NCBI GenBank assembly: GCA_002269645.1
Contig: NIVC01001233.1
Span: 62,001 to 126,000 of the forward strand
From: Macrostomum lignano
Lineage: Eukaryota
Length of the DNA stretch: 64,000 bases
Direction: 5' to 3'
The notes under the pieces were generated by a model that did no database searches, was not told where the DNA came from, and saw nothing but the letters and a program-made list of their open reading frames with translations. Positions 36,996 through 49,934 of this stretch are shown here, piece after piece. The translations under genes and the position numbers were made by a program. The stretch's first letter is position 1. Each line of letters opens with the position of its first letter.

Positions 36996-37569
36996 AGAAA
37001 CTAACTCAATATTGGTGACAGATTTCTTCAGTAAAAGTTTTAACGCTACTGACAGTAATAACATGCAGCTATAACAAGCGTATTTAGCTACAGCTTTAGT
37101 GCATAACATTGCGAATCTACGATTAACTAACGCAGGAAATCTCTCTGCGCCCCAAATCGGAGCACGATTGGAGCACCAGCACCAAGTCTGTTGCCATGCA
37201 GTACAGCAATTCGACTCATAATTCTTCTGGCAACGCAACGGCGGAAGTTTCTTCTCAGTCCAGAAATTCTTTCAATGTAAAAGCCCACACGTGCGCTGGC
37301 GCATGCTGTTTAGTCAGATTATATTCTCAGATCACGCTGTTTCGGCAGCCCTGTGTGCTAATTTCATTGCGTTCCTAATTTTTATGACGATTGAAATCTT
37401 AGTCATCAGCTTGATATTTGTTGCCCATGGCAACGATTTGATTGTTGATTCAGCCTACTTTTTGTGTAGTATTATTCAATCTATTTAAATCCCCTTTGTT
37501 GTTGTCCAAGAAAACTTTGGTGCTAAGTTGTACCGGCTCGCATCACAGATACTAGAATAAAAAGTTTAA

Positions 37570-37982
37570 CTAGATGGGCCACTCAGCACATTTGCGTGCA
37601 AGCTACTTTCAGGTCAGTAGCAAATTAAACAGAAGCATTTTAATGTATTTTTAAAGCTAAGGCTCATTTTTTGGCTTTTACCCTTTAGCTTAAACCCTCC
37701 AACCGCGCCTTTCCACACTACCCCCCTCGCCCCGCCCCAATTTATATTGCCTTTCGGAATTCCAGCCTAAAGCTGCCATGTACATTTCAGTGGACTGGCC
37801 AATGTACGTTGTTGCTGAACCAATTAGCAAGTTGTTTACGCCTGCAAGCTTGGCTTCTAAACTTATCAAAGTCGTTTCAACTGGCTTTATTTTTATAAAA
37901 TAGCTTATGTATTCTTATTTGCTACTGAACAGAAAGTAGAAAGCTGTTTTACTAAGTATCTATGCCTGAGTGGCCCATGTAG
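37570..37982 (+). mobile_element. ~410-bp MITE, copy 1
   Basis: TIR CTAGATGGGCCACTCAG / CTGAGTGGCCCATGTAG; the whole sequence is the reverse complement of 58565-58976. Confidence 0.85.
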
Positions 37983-38134
37983 TTATTTTTGTATCTGTGC
38001 CCTCTCCTGATTCATCTGTTTAGAACTGCTGTGAAGATAGAATCTTTATTCTTGAAAATAATTATTATATCGAAATTCATTATTGATGTTCGAAATTTAT
38101 CTAGAAATTGTAAGTTTACTGCACCAAGCATATA

Positions 38135-38300
38135 AACACCTGGTTTGATTCCGTGGGCGGCCACATTCATTTGGGGCTTGTACACGAAAAATGGCTGAGG
38201 GGCCAACCCCCAAAGTACAGAGGGTGCACATGCGTGACAATTAGAAATTCAAACAAAAATCAAAGAACCGCTGTACACCTTGTGTGAGCGTGCATCGAAG
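38135..38300 (+). mobile_element. Second, diverged and truncated copy of the SINE-like element
   Basis: GGTTTGATTCC...CACATTCATTTGGGGCT...GAACCGCTGTACACC aligns by eye to 36676-36850. Confidence 0.45.
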
Positions 38301-39114
38301 GTTAAGGCTGGTTTTCTAGTGCTATTTTTAGCAACAATTGACTGGTCCTATTTTTTTAACCAATCAGCGGGCGCGTAGGGGTTAGAGAAATTATTTATTG
38401 GTTTCGATTTAGCAAAACTGCATTTATTATATGCTTTGTAACTTTTCACTCTGACCAAGCGTACACTAGCTTGGTATGCTGTTCTCGCGAACAGAATGTC
38501 ACACAATTGTCAATTTCATATATACTAAAAATGAAATGTCTGTAACTATCTAGCTATGCGATAGATTTCAGAAAAAGTGGCTCAACCGATTTTCTTCAAA
38601 CTTGCACCATTTGATCAGAAATTTTCCTGGGACGGTACATGCATCTTGGCTAAGAAATTGCTCAATTTTAAAGGGATTAAATATTCGAAAAACATGCTTT
38701 TTTGCAAAGGTCAAGCAGCTCTTTCGACCTGAAATGAATTGTAAAAATGCGAAAGAAAAAACTGACTGACTGAATTTCAATTGTGATAAAGATTGCATCA
38801 CAACAAGATGAAAACAGTGTCGAAAAAATGCACACAAGACTTGATTGTAATTGCGTAACCATATTGCTAACTTGAATTGAGACTGATACTGGCTGACTGA
38901 GAAATTGATTATGTCATAACTTTTTACTCTAACTGACTTGCTATAAGAATTGAATTATAAGGGCCACAATACATGTTCTCCAATTGAAAAGAGATAGCCA
39001 AGATGGGAACAGACTGGACTGCTAATGTAGCGACCTGGGTTCGAATCTTAGTAGTGCAAAAACATTTTTTTATTAAAACACTTTAAAACACAAAATGCTA
39101 AACATAAAAGAAGC

Positions 39115-40935
39115 GCAATGTCAAATATAAAAGAGCCACCATGCCAAACAAAAAAAAAGTGCCACCATGTAGAACACAGAAGAGACACCATGTCAAACAT
39201 AAAAGAGCCACCATTTCAAACATAAAAGAGCCACCATGTGAAACATATACGTGACTCAATGTCAAACATTAAAGAGCCACCATGTCAAACATTAAAGAGC
39301 CACCATGTCGAACATAACAGAGACAACATTTCAAACATAAAAGAGCCATCATGTCAAACATAAAAGAGCCACCATGTCGAATATTAAAGAGCCACTATGT
39401 CAAACATAACAGAGACAACATTTCAAACATAAAAGAGCCATCATGTCAAACATTAAAGAGCCACCATGTCGAACATTAAAGAGCCACCATGTTGAACATT
39501 GAAGAGCCACCATGTCAAACATTAAAGAGCCACCAAGTAAAATATAAAAGAGCTACCATGTCAAACATAAAAGAGCCACCATGTCGAACATAACAGAGAC
39601 AACATTTCAAACATTTAAGAGCCACCATGTCAAACATAAAAGAGCCACCATGTCGAGCATAAAAGAGCCACCATGTCAAACATAAAAGAGCCACCATGTC
39701 AAACATTAAAGAGCCACCATGTCAAACATTCAAGAGAAACCATGTCGAACATAACAGAGACAACATTTCAAACATTTAAGAGCCACCATGTCAAACATAA
39801 AAGAGCCACCATGTCGAGCATAAAATAGCCACCATGTTGAACATTAAAGAGCCACCATGTCAAACATTAAAGAGCCACCATGTCGAGCATAAAAGAGCCA
39901 CCATGTCGAACATAAAAGAGCCACCATGTCAAACATTAAAGAGCCACCATGTCAAACATTCAAGAGACACCATGTCGAACATAACAGAGACAACATTTCA
40001 AACATTTAAGAGCCACCATGTCAAACATAAAAGATCTACCATGTCAAACATAAAAGAGCCATCATGTCAAACATAAAAGAGCCACCATGTCAAACATTAA
40101 AGAGCCACCATGTTCAACATTAAGGAGCCACCATGTCAAACATAAAAGAGCCACCATGTCAAACATTAAAGAGCCACCATGTCAAACATTAAAGAGCCAC
40201 CATGTCAAACATTAAAGAGCCACCATGTCAAACATTCAAGATCAGCCATGTCGAACATAAAAGAGCCACCATGTAAAATATAAAAGAGCTACCATGTCAA
40301 ACATAAAAGAGCCATCATGTCAAACATAAAAGAGCCATCATGTGAAACATATACGTGACTCAATGTCAAACATTAAAGAGCCACCATGTCAAACATATAC
40401 GTGACTCCATGTCAAACATTAAAGAGCCACCATGTCAAACATATATGACTCCATGTCAAACATATATGACTCCATGTCAAACATATATGACTCCATGTCA
40501 AACATTAAAAATAAAAAAGACACCATGTCACACATAAGGGAGCCACCATATCAAACATAAAAGAGCTACCATGTCAAAACATTATTGAGCCATTATGCCC
40601 AATATAAAAAGACACAATTTCAAATGTAAAAGGGCCGCCATGTCAAACATAGAAGAGCCACCATGTCAAACATAGAAGAGCCACCATGTCAAACAACTAA
40701 GCCACCATGTCAAACATAACAGAGACACCATTTCAAACGTAAAAGGGCCGCCATGGCAAACATAGAAGAGCCACCATGTCAAACATTAAAGAGCTACCAT
40801 GTCAAACACAAAAGGGCCACCACGTCCAACATTAAAGAGCTATCATGTCAAACACAAAAGAGCTACCATGTCAAACATTAAAAAGCCACTTTTTTAAACA
40901 AAAAAGAGACACCATTTCAAACATAAAAGAAGTGT
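39115..40935. repeat. 23-bp minisatellite, ~1.8 kb, diverged ends
   Basis: Unit AAAGAGCCACCATGTCAAACAT(A/T). Confidence 0.93.
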
Positions 40936-40999
40936 CATGCCAAACAAAATGAAACCATTATAAAGCTAAGGAAATTGTTGCACTAGCTACTTGTTCTCT

Positions 41000-41775
41000 G
41001 GTGGATGCTTGCTATTTAAGGATGGATACTTGCTATCAGGGGGATGCTTGCTCTTGGGGGTGGAGAGTACTTGCTATCTGAGAGGGGGTTGCTAGATATC
41101 TATAAGGTATCTTTGTATCCAGGTTATGCTTGCTATCAGGGGTTGCTTGCTGTCTGGGGGATGCTTGCTATCTGGGGGGGGGGATGCTTGCTATCTAGGG
41201 GATGCTTGCTATCTGCGGGATGCTTGCTATCTGGGGGATGCTTGCTATCTGCGGGATGCTTGCTATCTGAGGGACGCTTGCTATCTGGGGTCTGGGGGAA
41301 TGCTTGCTATCTGGGGATGCTTGCGATCTGGGGGATGCTTGCTATCTGAGGAATGCTTGCTATCTGGGGGATGCTTGCTATCTGCGGGATGCTTGCTATC
41401 TGGGGGATGCTTGCTATCTGGGGTCTGGGGAATGCTTGCTATCGGGGGATGCTTGCAGTCTGGGGGATGCTTGCTATCTGGGGATGCTTGCCATCTGGGG
41501 GACGCTTGCTATCTGGGGTCTGGGGGAATGCTTGCTATCTGGGGATGCTTGCGATCTGGGGGATGCTTGCTATCTGAGGAATGCTTGCTATCTGGGGGAT
41601 GCTTGCTATCTGCGGGATGCTTGCTATCTGGGGGATGCTTGCTATCTGGGGTCTGGGGGAATGCTTGCTATCGGGGGGATGCTTGCAGTCTGGGGGATGC
41701 TTGCTATCTGGGGATGCTTGCTATCTGGGGGATGCTTGCAGTCTGGGGGATGCTTGCTATTTGGGGATCAATGCT
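41000..41775. repeat. 18-bp minisatellite with ~228-bp higher-order duplication
   Basis: Unit GGATGCTTGCTATCTGGG; 76-aa period in ORF 41304..41789. Confidence 0.9.
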
Positions 41776-42153
41776 TGAATGTTGTCTGAGGATGCTTGCT
41801 GTCTTGGGATGTTTTGTTTTTAAGAGGGAATGTCTGTTGTTTTTTCTGAAGGCTTTATTTCGCTGTCTATTTGTTATTTGTAAAAAACAAGGATTCTATC
41901 CAGATGTCCCCCATCGGGGGGCAAAGATTGCTAGTAGTGTACTAAAGGGGAAATAACTTAAAAATGGCATGCTTTCACTCTTATGTCAGTGATAAATTCC
42001 ACTGCTCGAGTCAAAACACGACCAATGATTATTTATCAATATTTCAAGCACACTTCACGTACTTTCTGTGTTACAGGCACCTTTTAACCTACATTAACCT
42101 GTACCTTTCTATTTATATTTATATATATATAACACAATTTTGATGCAATCAAG

Positions 42154-42273
42154 GAGCGGGCTGTTCCGGTTTGGTCAGCACCGGATGCGGAACCGGTTGC
42201 TTCCGCTAGTAAGAAGCCGCAGCAGCGGAAGCTGTCAGACACGCCGAATGCATATTTTGTTGGCGTAGGAATT
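42154..42273 (+). CDS. Probable LIM-domain protein exon (ERAVPVWSAPDAEPVASASKKPQQRKLSDTPNAYFVG...)
   Basis: GC-rich island; acceptor ATCAAG| phase 0; phase-0 donors at 42265 (GTAGGA) or 42274 (GTAAGC). Confidence 0.55.
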
Positions 42274-42795
42274 GTAAGCCTCGGCTATTGCAGCTAAGAA
42301 CAGACTCCGTTTGCTAGCTATTGCCTGTCCACATAACAATAAATATAAGTTTATTAATCTGCGAGTTAACACGGCCAGCCACCACTAATCCGATTATAAT
42401 GGAGATCAGCATTTTATGATGTAACTCAATATGGGTTTGAAGCTTTAACCGCTGGGCTAATCATAGCTGCCGTGGATTTTTTGTGGATTAGGGACAGATT
42501 TAGTTTAACTCGCATTTTCGAGCATTATTATAGTTGTAATCATAGCTGTATAGAGTTTATGCTGTGGGCGTTACTGTGTCACCATAATTTTGATCGTGTT
42601 TTTACGCAACAATATGTGAAAAATTTAACTAAAATAATGCGATCTGTGGGGAGCCTTGCCACACTGGCAAAAATGTCTCCAATTAGAGGTTCAAATTTCT
42701 CCAATAACTTGCGCCTAGCACTACTTTTTTTGCCGTAGTAGTTATTTTCGATGAAAATAATAAATTAAGGAACTTTTACTCTTCGATTTCAACAG

Positions 42796-42920
42796 GGCAG
42801 TCCAGGCGATGTGTGCCGCCTGTGCCAGAAGAAAGTCTACCCAATGGAGCAGCTCACCTCTGACGGTCACGTCTACCACAAATCCTGCTACAGGTGCCAC
42901 AAGTGCAACCGTCTGCTGAG
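42796..42920 (+). CDS. LIM domain, first half (GSPGDVCRLCQKKVYPMEQLTSDGHVYHKSCYRCHKCNRLL); EPLIN/LIMA1/XIRP/LIMD2-type LIM
   Basis: C-x2-C...VYPME...H-x2-C-x2-C-x2-C; CAACAG| and AG|GTAAGT (phase 2). Confidence 0.92.
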
Positions 42921-42924
42921 GTAA

Positions 42925-43335
42925 GTTACTACAGACCTGACAGAATGAGTTACAGGTCTGACAGAATGAATTACAGACCTGACAGAATGAGTTAGAGGTC
43001 TGACAGAATGAGTTACAGGTCTGACAGAATGAGTTACAGGTCTGACAGAATGAGTTACAGGTCTGACAGAATGAGTTACAGGTCTGACAGAATGAGTTAC
43101 AGGTCTGACAGAATGAGTTACAGGTCTGACAGAATGAGTTACAGGTCTGACAGAATGAGTTACAGACCTGACAGAATGAGTTACAGGTCTGACAGAATGA
43201 GTTACAGGTCTGACAGAATGAGTTACAGGTCTGACAGAATGAGTTACAGACCTGACAGAATGAGTTAGAGGTCTGACAGAATGAGTTACAGGTCTGACAG
43301 AATGAGTTAGGTCTGACAGTATTAGTTACAGGCCG
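42925..43335. repeat. 21-bp minisatellite in the intron splitting the LIM domain
   Basis: Unit TTACAGGTCTGACAGAATGAG, ~19 copies. Confidence 0.95.
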
Positions 43336-43420
43336 AAAAAGTGAGCAGATACGATCAGATCAGCCTGAAATCAATAGAACGAATAGCAGCATGTTTTTCT
43401 ACCAATCCATCAATCGTCAG

Positions 43421-43494
43421 CGTTGGCAACTTTGGCGTCCTTGACAACCAGCTGTACTGCCAGCCGCACTACTTGGAAATTTTCCGCATGCGAG
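43421..43494 (+). CDS. LIM domain, second half (SVGNFGVLDNQLYCQPHYLEIFRMRG)
   Basis: LYCxPH completes the LIM domain; phases 2/1 are consistent. Confidence 0.92.
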
Positions 43495-43573
43495 GTGAGC
43501 CGGATATCTATCTCTATCAGTGCAAATTTTAATTTGCTCCAAAACGTCGTAAATAACGTAATTTAAATTTCAG

Positions 43574-43618
43574 GCCACTACCAGGCTTCGGCGGATCGCC
43601 CAGCCGCTGAAATCGTTG
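43574..43618 (+). CDS. LIM-domain protein exon (GHYQASADRPAAEIV)
   Basis: TTTCAG| ... G|GTAAGT, phase 1/1. Confidence 0.82.
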
Positions 43619-43695
43619 GTAAGTAAAATATGGCTGCTTTTGTCAAAATGATATTACTAGCAGTAGTACTATACGTTTAATTTGCGATTCCACAG

Positions 43696-43784
43696 GCCGA
43701 GACAATCCGGTTGACGACGGCATCTCGCAGGTGCAGAAGCTCAGCAATCTGAAGTCTCGCTTCGAATCCAGCGGCGACTCTTCG
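43696..43784 (+). CDS. LIM-domain protein exon (RDNPVDDGISQVQKLSNLKSRFESSGDSS)
   Basis: CCACAG| phase 1; |GTAAAT phase 0. Confidence 0.82.
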
Positions 43785-44394
43785 GTAAATTTTCAGCTAA
43801 TTTTTTTTTCAAAAAAAAATTTTTCGAAATTGTTTCAATGTGCCGCAATACTACTGAGTAAATGCATGAGCAACTGCAGTAGAAAGACGCTATACTCGGT
43901 TTTCTTGGAAATGTGCTGGATGATATTAGTCGTATCGCCAGTGCATTTGGTGTGCTCCACAAAACGCATAGCGCTGTCAAAGACATCAGTAGTGTGTTGC
44001 GCACGTAAATGTACAAATTACGCAACAGGTAAAAATATAAAAAATTGCTATGACCTTGGTTCAATAGCTTGCCCAAAACACCTGCCGGAAGTTAAGTGCT
44101 GATTTAGGGCCGAACAGAATAGAATGATTTTAAGAAATCTACTGCAAACCATTGACCGTATCATATCAAAGTGACAGATGCTAGCTCGCAAAATAACCAG
44201 ATAATTAAAGTTGTGAAAAGTACAGCCTTTACTTTTTCAGTAGTTTGTCTGCGCAGTGTCACTTATGTGTTTTGTGGCAGCAAAACTTTCCTTCCCTTCC
44301 TCGAGGTTTGCGGCCTCAGGAGCATATAGGGTTAAGAATGAACAAACTCAATGTACGCAATTTAACACGCAACCGCAAGACGGATGAAACTTAG

Positions 44395-44870
44395 TCTAGG
44401 GGGGGGGGCAGGCTCAATCTAGCTCAGCCAATGAGAGAGGAGTAAAGAGAGACGTCAAAGTCAGACGGACGAAACTCAACCTAGGGGGCAGGCTCAATCT
44501 AGCTCAGCCAATGAGAGATCAGTAAGGAGAGAGATCAAGGTCAGACGGACGAAACTCAGCCTAGGGGGCAGGCCCAATCTAGCTCAGCCAATGACAAAGC
44601 AGTAAGGAGAGACGTCAAAGTCAGACGGACGAAACTCAACCTAGGGGGCAGGCCCAATCTAGCTCAGCCAATGAGAGAGCACTAAAGAGAGACGTCAAAG
44701 TCAGACGGACGAAACTCAACCTAGGGGGCAGGCCCAATCTAGCTCAGCCAATGAGAGAGCACTAAAGAGAGACGTCAAAGTCAGACGGACGAAACTCAAC
44801 CTAGGGGGCAGGCCCAATCTAGCTCAGCCAATGACAAAGCAGTAAGGAGAGAGGTCAAAGTCAGACACAA
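44395..44870. repeat. 80-bp tandem repeat x6, each with a CCAAT box
   Basis: CTAGGGGGCAGG recurs at 44481, 44561, 44641, 44721 and 44801; CAGCCAATGA in every unit, GACGTCA in most. Confidence 0.92.
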
Positions 44871-45221
44871 GCGGGAAAGAGGAAAGCCAAAATTTATCTG
44901 CCTCGCTGGGGGCTGGGCGCCACCTCTTTTCTCGCTCGCTCTTCTCTTGCTCGCACGCACTGGATTTGGATGCAGATTCAAACGGAGTGAAGATACAAAT
45001 TTAATGGTTCTGCTTGTAAAAAGCTCGAGTAGATTGTTGCTACTTCAAAAACTTTAAATGTATCGTAAGATTAAATGCTTTTAATTCTACTATATATTAA
45101 AAGTAAAAAACGATTATTATGCTACTGAAAAAGGAGTAGATAAGCGTAAGTATCTGTGATCAACAAGTTATGTGAGAAAATCGTATTAAATAAATTAATA
45201 AATGTACTCATGCTGCTGCAG

Positions 45222-45395
45222 CAGCAGAGTCGCCTATTGATTGGCGATGGATCTTCGAGTCCTCGCAGAGCCTCGTCTCCCGCTGCCGCCGCGCCAGCCT
45301 CCAAACGCTTCAGCGCTGCCCCCGCGGCCAACGGCGGCGGCGGCGGCGGCGTTTGGAGCCGCGAGCCTCGTTGGAGTTCGCCAAACGTGGCCGAC
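45222..45395 (+). CDS. LIM-domain protein exon (QQSRLLIGDG...SPNVAD)
   Basis: Tandem CAG|CAG|CAG acceptors; |GTAAAA phase 0. Confidence 0.72.
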
Positions 45396-45763
45396 GTAAA
45401 AGTACACATGGAGCACTTTTTCTATGAAAAAATATTTGCGTAATATAGTATACGCTGGCGCGTCGCATTTTAATCACGAAACTTTTTATCACTAGTAGAT
45501 AAGGCTAATCGCACTTGTTGATCTCAATTATTTCAGATTTCATAATTTCATAAATCAATAAGCATGCATCCAGTTGCTGGCTGGAATTAATTACAAATTT
45601 GCGGTCAAGTTGAACCTGTCAACTGTCCTATTCATCATGCTCGCACTGTACACTACTGATAGTCAATGCCATCAGTAGTGTGTAGCAAAAAATTCATTTA
45701 TTTTTATTGCTGCTAGAAAATATTATTTTCAAACCTAAAAGTACACAAATCCGTCTCATTCAG

Positions 45764-45997
45764 GTTGTCGTCACCCCGCCCAGCTCTGGTGGCCACCACC
45801 CGACACCCGGCAGCCGCAACGGTGCCCACTCCGATCCACCAGCCGATGTTGTGCGCAGCGGCGATGCTGTCCCGGCTGAAGGTGAGCTGCCGCCGCCAGG
45901 TGCCAGCAAGAGTGTGCTGGCCATGTTCCGCAACTTGGAGACGGGCGGCCAGCAACCAGCTAAGGACCAGCAGCAGCAACCAGGCAGACTGAAAGGG
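45764..45997 (+). CDS. LIM-domain protein exon with repeat unit (PPADVVRSGD...ELPPPGASKSVLAMFRNLE)
   Basis: CTCATTCAG| and |GTGAGC, phase 0/0. Confidence 0.85.
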
Positions 45998-46069
45998 GTG
46001 AGCGCTCAGGGCATTGAGATTGAAGTCATTTTTCAGAAAGACTTAAATCTTTTTATTGAGTAGAATCGT

Positions 46070-49000
46070 GCCTGTTTATTGAGGTAGACTCAATTCAGTT
46101 TACTGGGTAGACTCAATTCAGTTTACTGAGTAGACTCAATTCAGTTTACTGAGTAGACTCAATTCAGTTTACTGAGTAGACTCAATTCAGTTTACTGAGT
46201 AGACTCAATTCAGTTTACTGAGTAGACTCAATTCAGTTTATTGAGTAGACTCAATTCAGTTTACTGGGTAGACTCAATTCAGTTTACTGAGTAGACTCAA
46301 TTCAGTTTATTGAGTAGACTCAATTCAGTTTACTGAGTAGACTCAATTCAGTTTACTGAGTAGACTCAATTCAGTTTATTGAGTAGACTCAATTCATTTT
46401 ACTGAGTAGACTCAATTCAGTTTATTGAGTAGACTAAATTCAGTTTACTGAGTAGACTCAATTCAGTTTACTGAGTAGACTCAATTCAGTTTACTGAGTA
46501 GACTCAATTCAGTTTACTGAGTAGACTCAATTCAGTTTATTGAGTAGACTCAATTCAGTTTACTGGGTAGACTCAATTCAGTTTACTGAGTAGACTCAAT
46601 TCAGTTTACTGAGTAGACTCAATTCAGTTTACTGGGTAGACTCAATTCAGTTTACTGAGTAGACTCAATTCAGTTTACTGAGTAGACTCAATTCAGTTTA
46701 CTGAGTAGACTCAATTCAGTTTATTGAGTAGACTCAATTCAGTTTACTGGGTAGACTCAATTCAGTTTACTGAGTAGACTCAATTCAGTTTACTGAGTAG
46801 ACTCAATTCAGTTTATTGAGTAGACTCAATTCAGTTTATTGAGTAGACTCAATTCAGTTTACTGAGTTAGAGTCAATTCAGTTTACTGAGTAGACTCAAT
46901 TCAGTTTATTGAGTAGACTCAATTCAGTTTATTGAGTAGACTCAATTCAGTTTATTGAGTAGACTCAATTCAGTTTACTGAGTAGACTCAATTCAGTTTA
47001 TTGAGTAGACTCAATTCATTTTACTGAGTAGACTCAATTCAGTTTATTGAGTAGACTAAATTCAGTTTACTGAGTAGACTCAATTCAGTTTACTGAGTTA
47101 GAGTCAATTCAGTTTACTGGGTAGACTCAATTCAGTTTACTGAGTAGACTCAATTCAGTTTACTGAGTAGACTCAATTCAGTTTATTGAGTAGACTCAAT
47201 TCAGTTTACTGAGTAGACTCAATTCAGTTTATTGAGTAGACTCAATTCATTTTACTGAGTAGACTCAATTCAGTTTATTGAGTAGACTCAATTCAGTTTA
47301 TTGAGTAGACTCAATTCAGTTTACTGGGTAGACTCAATTCAGTTTACTGAGTAGACTCAATTCAGTTTACTGAGTAGACTCAATTCAGTTTATTGAGTAG
47401 ACTCAATTCAGTTTACTGGGTAGACTCAATTCAGTTTATTGAGTAGACTCAATTCAGTTTATTGAGTAGACTCAATTCAGTTTACTGAGTAGACTCAATT
47501 CAGTTTACTGAGTAGACTCAATTCAGTTTATTGAGTAGACTCAATTCAGTTTACTGGGTAGACTCAATTCAGTTTACTGAGTAGACTCAGTTCAGTTTAT
47601 TGAGTAGACTAAATTCAGTTTATTGAGTAGACTCAATTCAGTTTACTGAGTAGACTCAATTCAGTTTACTGAGTTAGAGTCAATTCAGTTTACTGAGTAG
47701 ACTCAATTCAGTTTATTGAGTGGACTCAATTCAGTTTATTGAGTAGACTCAATTCAGTTTATTGAGTAGACTCAATTCAGTTTATTGAGTAGACTCAATT
47801 TAGTTTACTGAGTAGACTCAATTCAGTTTATTGAGTAGACTCAATTCATTTTACTGAGTAGACTCAATTCAGTTTATTGAGTAGACTAAATTCAGTTTAC
47901 TGAGTAGACTCAATTCAGTTTACTGAGTTAGAGTCAATTCAGTTTACTGGGTAGACTCAATTCAGTTTATTGAGTAGACTCAATTCAGTTTATTGAGTAG
48001 ACTCAATTCAGTTTATTGAGTAGACTCAATTCAGTTTACTGAGTAGACTCAATTCAGTTTACTGAGTAGACTCAATTCAGTTTATTGAGGTATACTCAAT
48101 TCAGTTTATTGAGGTAGACTCAATTCAGTTTATTGAGTAGACTCAATTCAGTTTACTGAGTAGACTCAATTCAGTTTATTGAGTAGACTCAATTCAGTTT
48201 ACTGAGTAGACTCAATTCAGTTTATTGAGTAGACTCAATTCAGTTTATTGAGTAGACTCAATTCAGTTTACTGAGGTAGACTCAATTCAGTTTACTGGGT
48301 AGACTCAATTCAGTTTATTGAGTAGACTCAATTCAGTTTACTGAGTAGACTCAATTCAGTTTATTGAGTAGACTCAATTCAGTTTATTGAGTAGACTCAA
48401 TTCAGTTTATTGAGTAGACTCAATTCAGTTTACTGGGTAGACTCAATTCAGTTTACTGAGTAGACTCAATTCAGTTTATTGAGTAGACTCAATTCAGTTT
48501 ACTGAGTAGACTCAATTCAGTTTATTGAGTAGACTCAATTCAGTTTATTGAGTAGACTCAATTCAGTTTACTGAGTAGACTCAATTCAGTTTACTGGGTA
48601 GACTCAATTCAGTTTACTGAGTAGACTCAATTCAGTTTATTGAGTAGACTCAATTCAGTTTACTGGGTAGACTCAATTCAGTTTACTGGGTAGACTCAAT
48701 TCAGTTTACTGAGTAGACTCAATTCAGTTTACTGAGTAGACTCAATTCAGTTTACTGGGTAGACTCAATTCAGTTTACTGAGTAGACTCAATTCAGTTTA
48801 CTGAGTAGACTCAATTCAGTTTATTGAGTAGACTCAATTCAGTTTACTGAGTAGACTCAATTCAGTTTACTGAGTAGACTCAATTCAGTTTATTGAGTAG
48901 ACTCAATTCAGTTTATTGAGTAGACTCAATTCAGTTTATTGAGTAGACTCAATTCAGTTTACTGAGTAGACTCAATTCAGTTTATTGATTAGACTCAATT

Positions 49001-49628
49001 CAGTTTATTGAGTAGACTCAATTCAGTTTACTGAGTAGACTCAATTCAGTTTATTGATTAGACTCAATTCAGTTTATTGAGTAGACTCAATTCAGTTTAT
49101 TGAGTAGACTCAATTCAGTTTATTGAGTAGACTCAATTCAGTTTATTGAGTAGACTCAATTCAGTTTACTGAGTAGACTCAATTCAGTTTATTGAGTAGA
49201 CTCAATTCAGTTTACTGGGTAGACTCAATTCAGTTTACTGAGTAGACTCAATTCAGTTTATTGATTAGACTCAATTCAGTTTATTGAGTAGACTCAATTC
49301 AGTTTACTGAGTAGACTCAATTCAGTTTATTGATTAGACTCAATTCAGTTTATTGAGTAGACTCAATTCAGTTTACTGAGTAGACTCAATTCAGTTTATT
49401 GATTAGACTCAATTCAGTTTATTGAGTAGACTCAATTCAGTTTATTGAGTAGACTCAATTCAGTTTATTGAGTAGACTCAATTCAGTTTACTGAGTAGAC
49501 TCAATTCAGTTTATTGAGTAGACTCAATTCAGTTTACTGATTAGACTCAATTCAGTTTATTGAGTAGACTCAATTCAGTTTACTGAGTAGACTCAATTCA
49601 GTTTATTGAGTAGACTCAATTCAGTTTT
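46070..49628. repeat. 23-bp minisatellite, ~3.55 kb (~155 units)
   Basis: Unit GAGTAGACTCAATTCAGTTTA(C/T)T with internal inverted repeat TGAGT-AG-ACTCA. Confidence 0.97.
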
Positions 49629-49934
49629 TCCAAAAAAAATTCTATCGAAGCTTATCCAGCTGGCTTTGAAAGTTTTACAGGGAAATTTAACAGCTTTTTT
49701 GGTTGTGATTTTTGTTGCTTTTTATTAGTTGTTGGGTTGATTAGATGATAGTCTAATCGCATTAACCAGCTGTTATCATTACTGCTAGTATCCAATCTCA
49801 CGATTTGATTATTATCAATTTAAGGCTGAGTGCACTGAAATGCATATCTGACTCATCGTCTAGCCTATGAGTGAATCTGCTGCACTGATCGTATGGGACT
49901 CAAGCTCTAGCACTTATTCCTAATCAGTTTTAGT

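Noticed and set aside
38995-39057. tRNA-like sequence (TAGCCAAGATGG...GGACTGCTAAT...GGTTCGAATC)
   Set aside because: The acceptor and anticodon stems do not pair; at most a decayed tRNA or SINE head, not a tRNA gene.
41044-41956. GDACYL/GCLLS repeat ORFs
   Set aside because: Translations of the 18-bp minisatellite.
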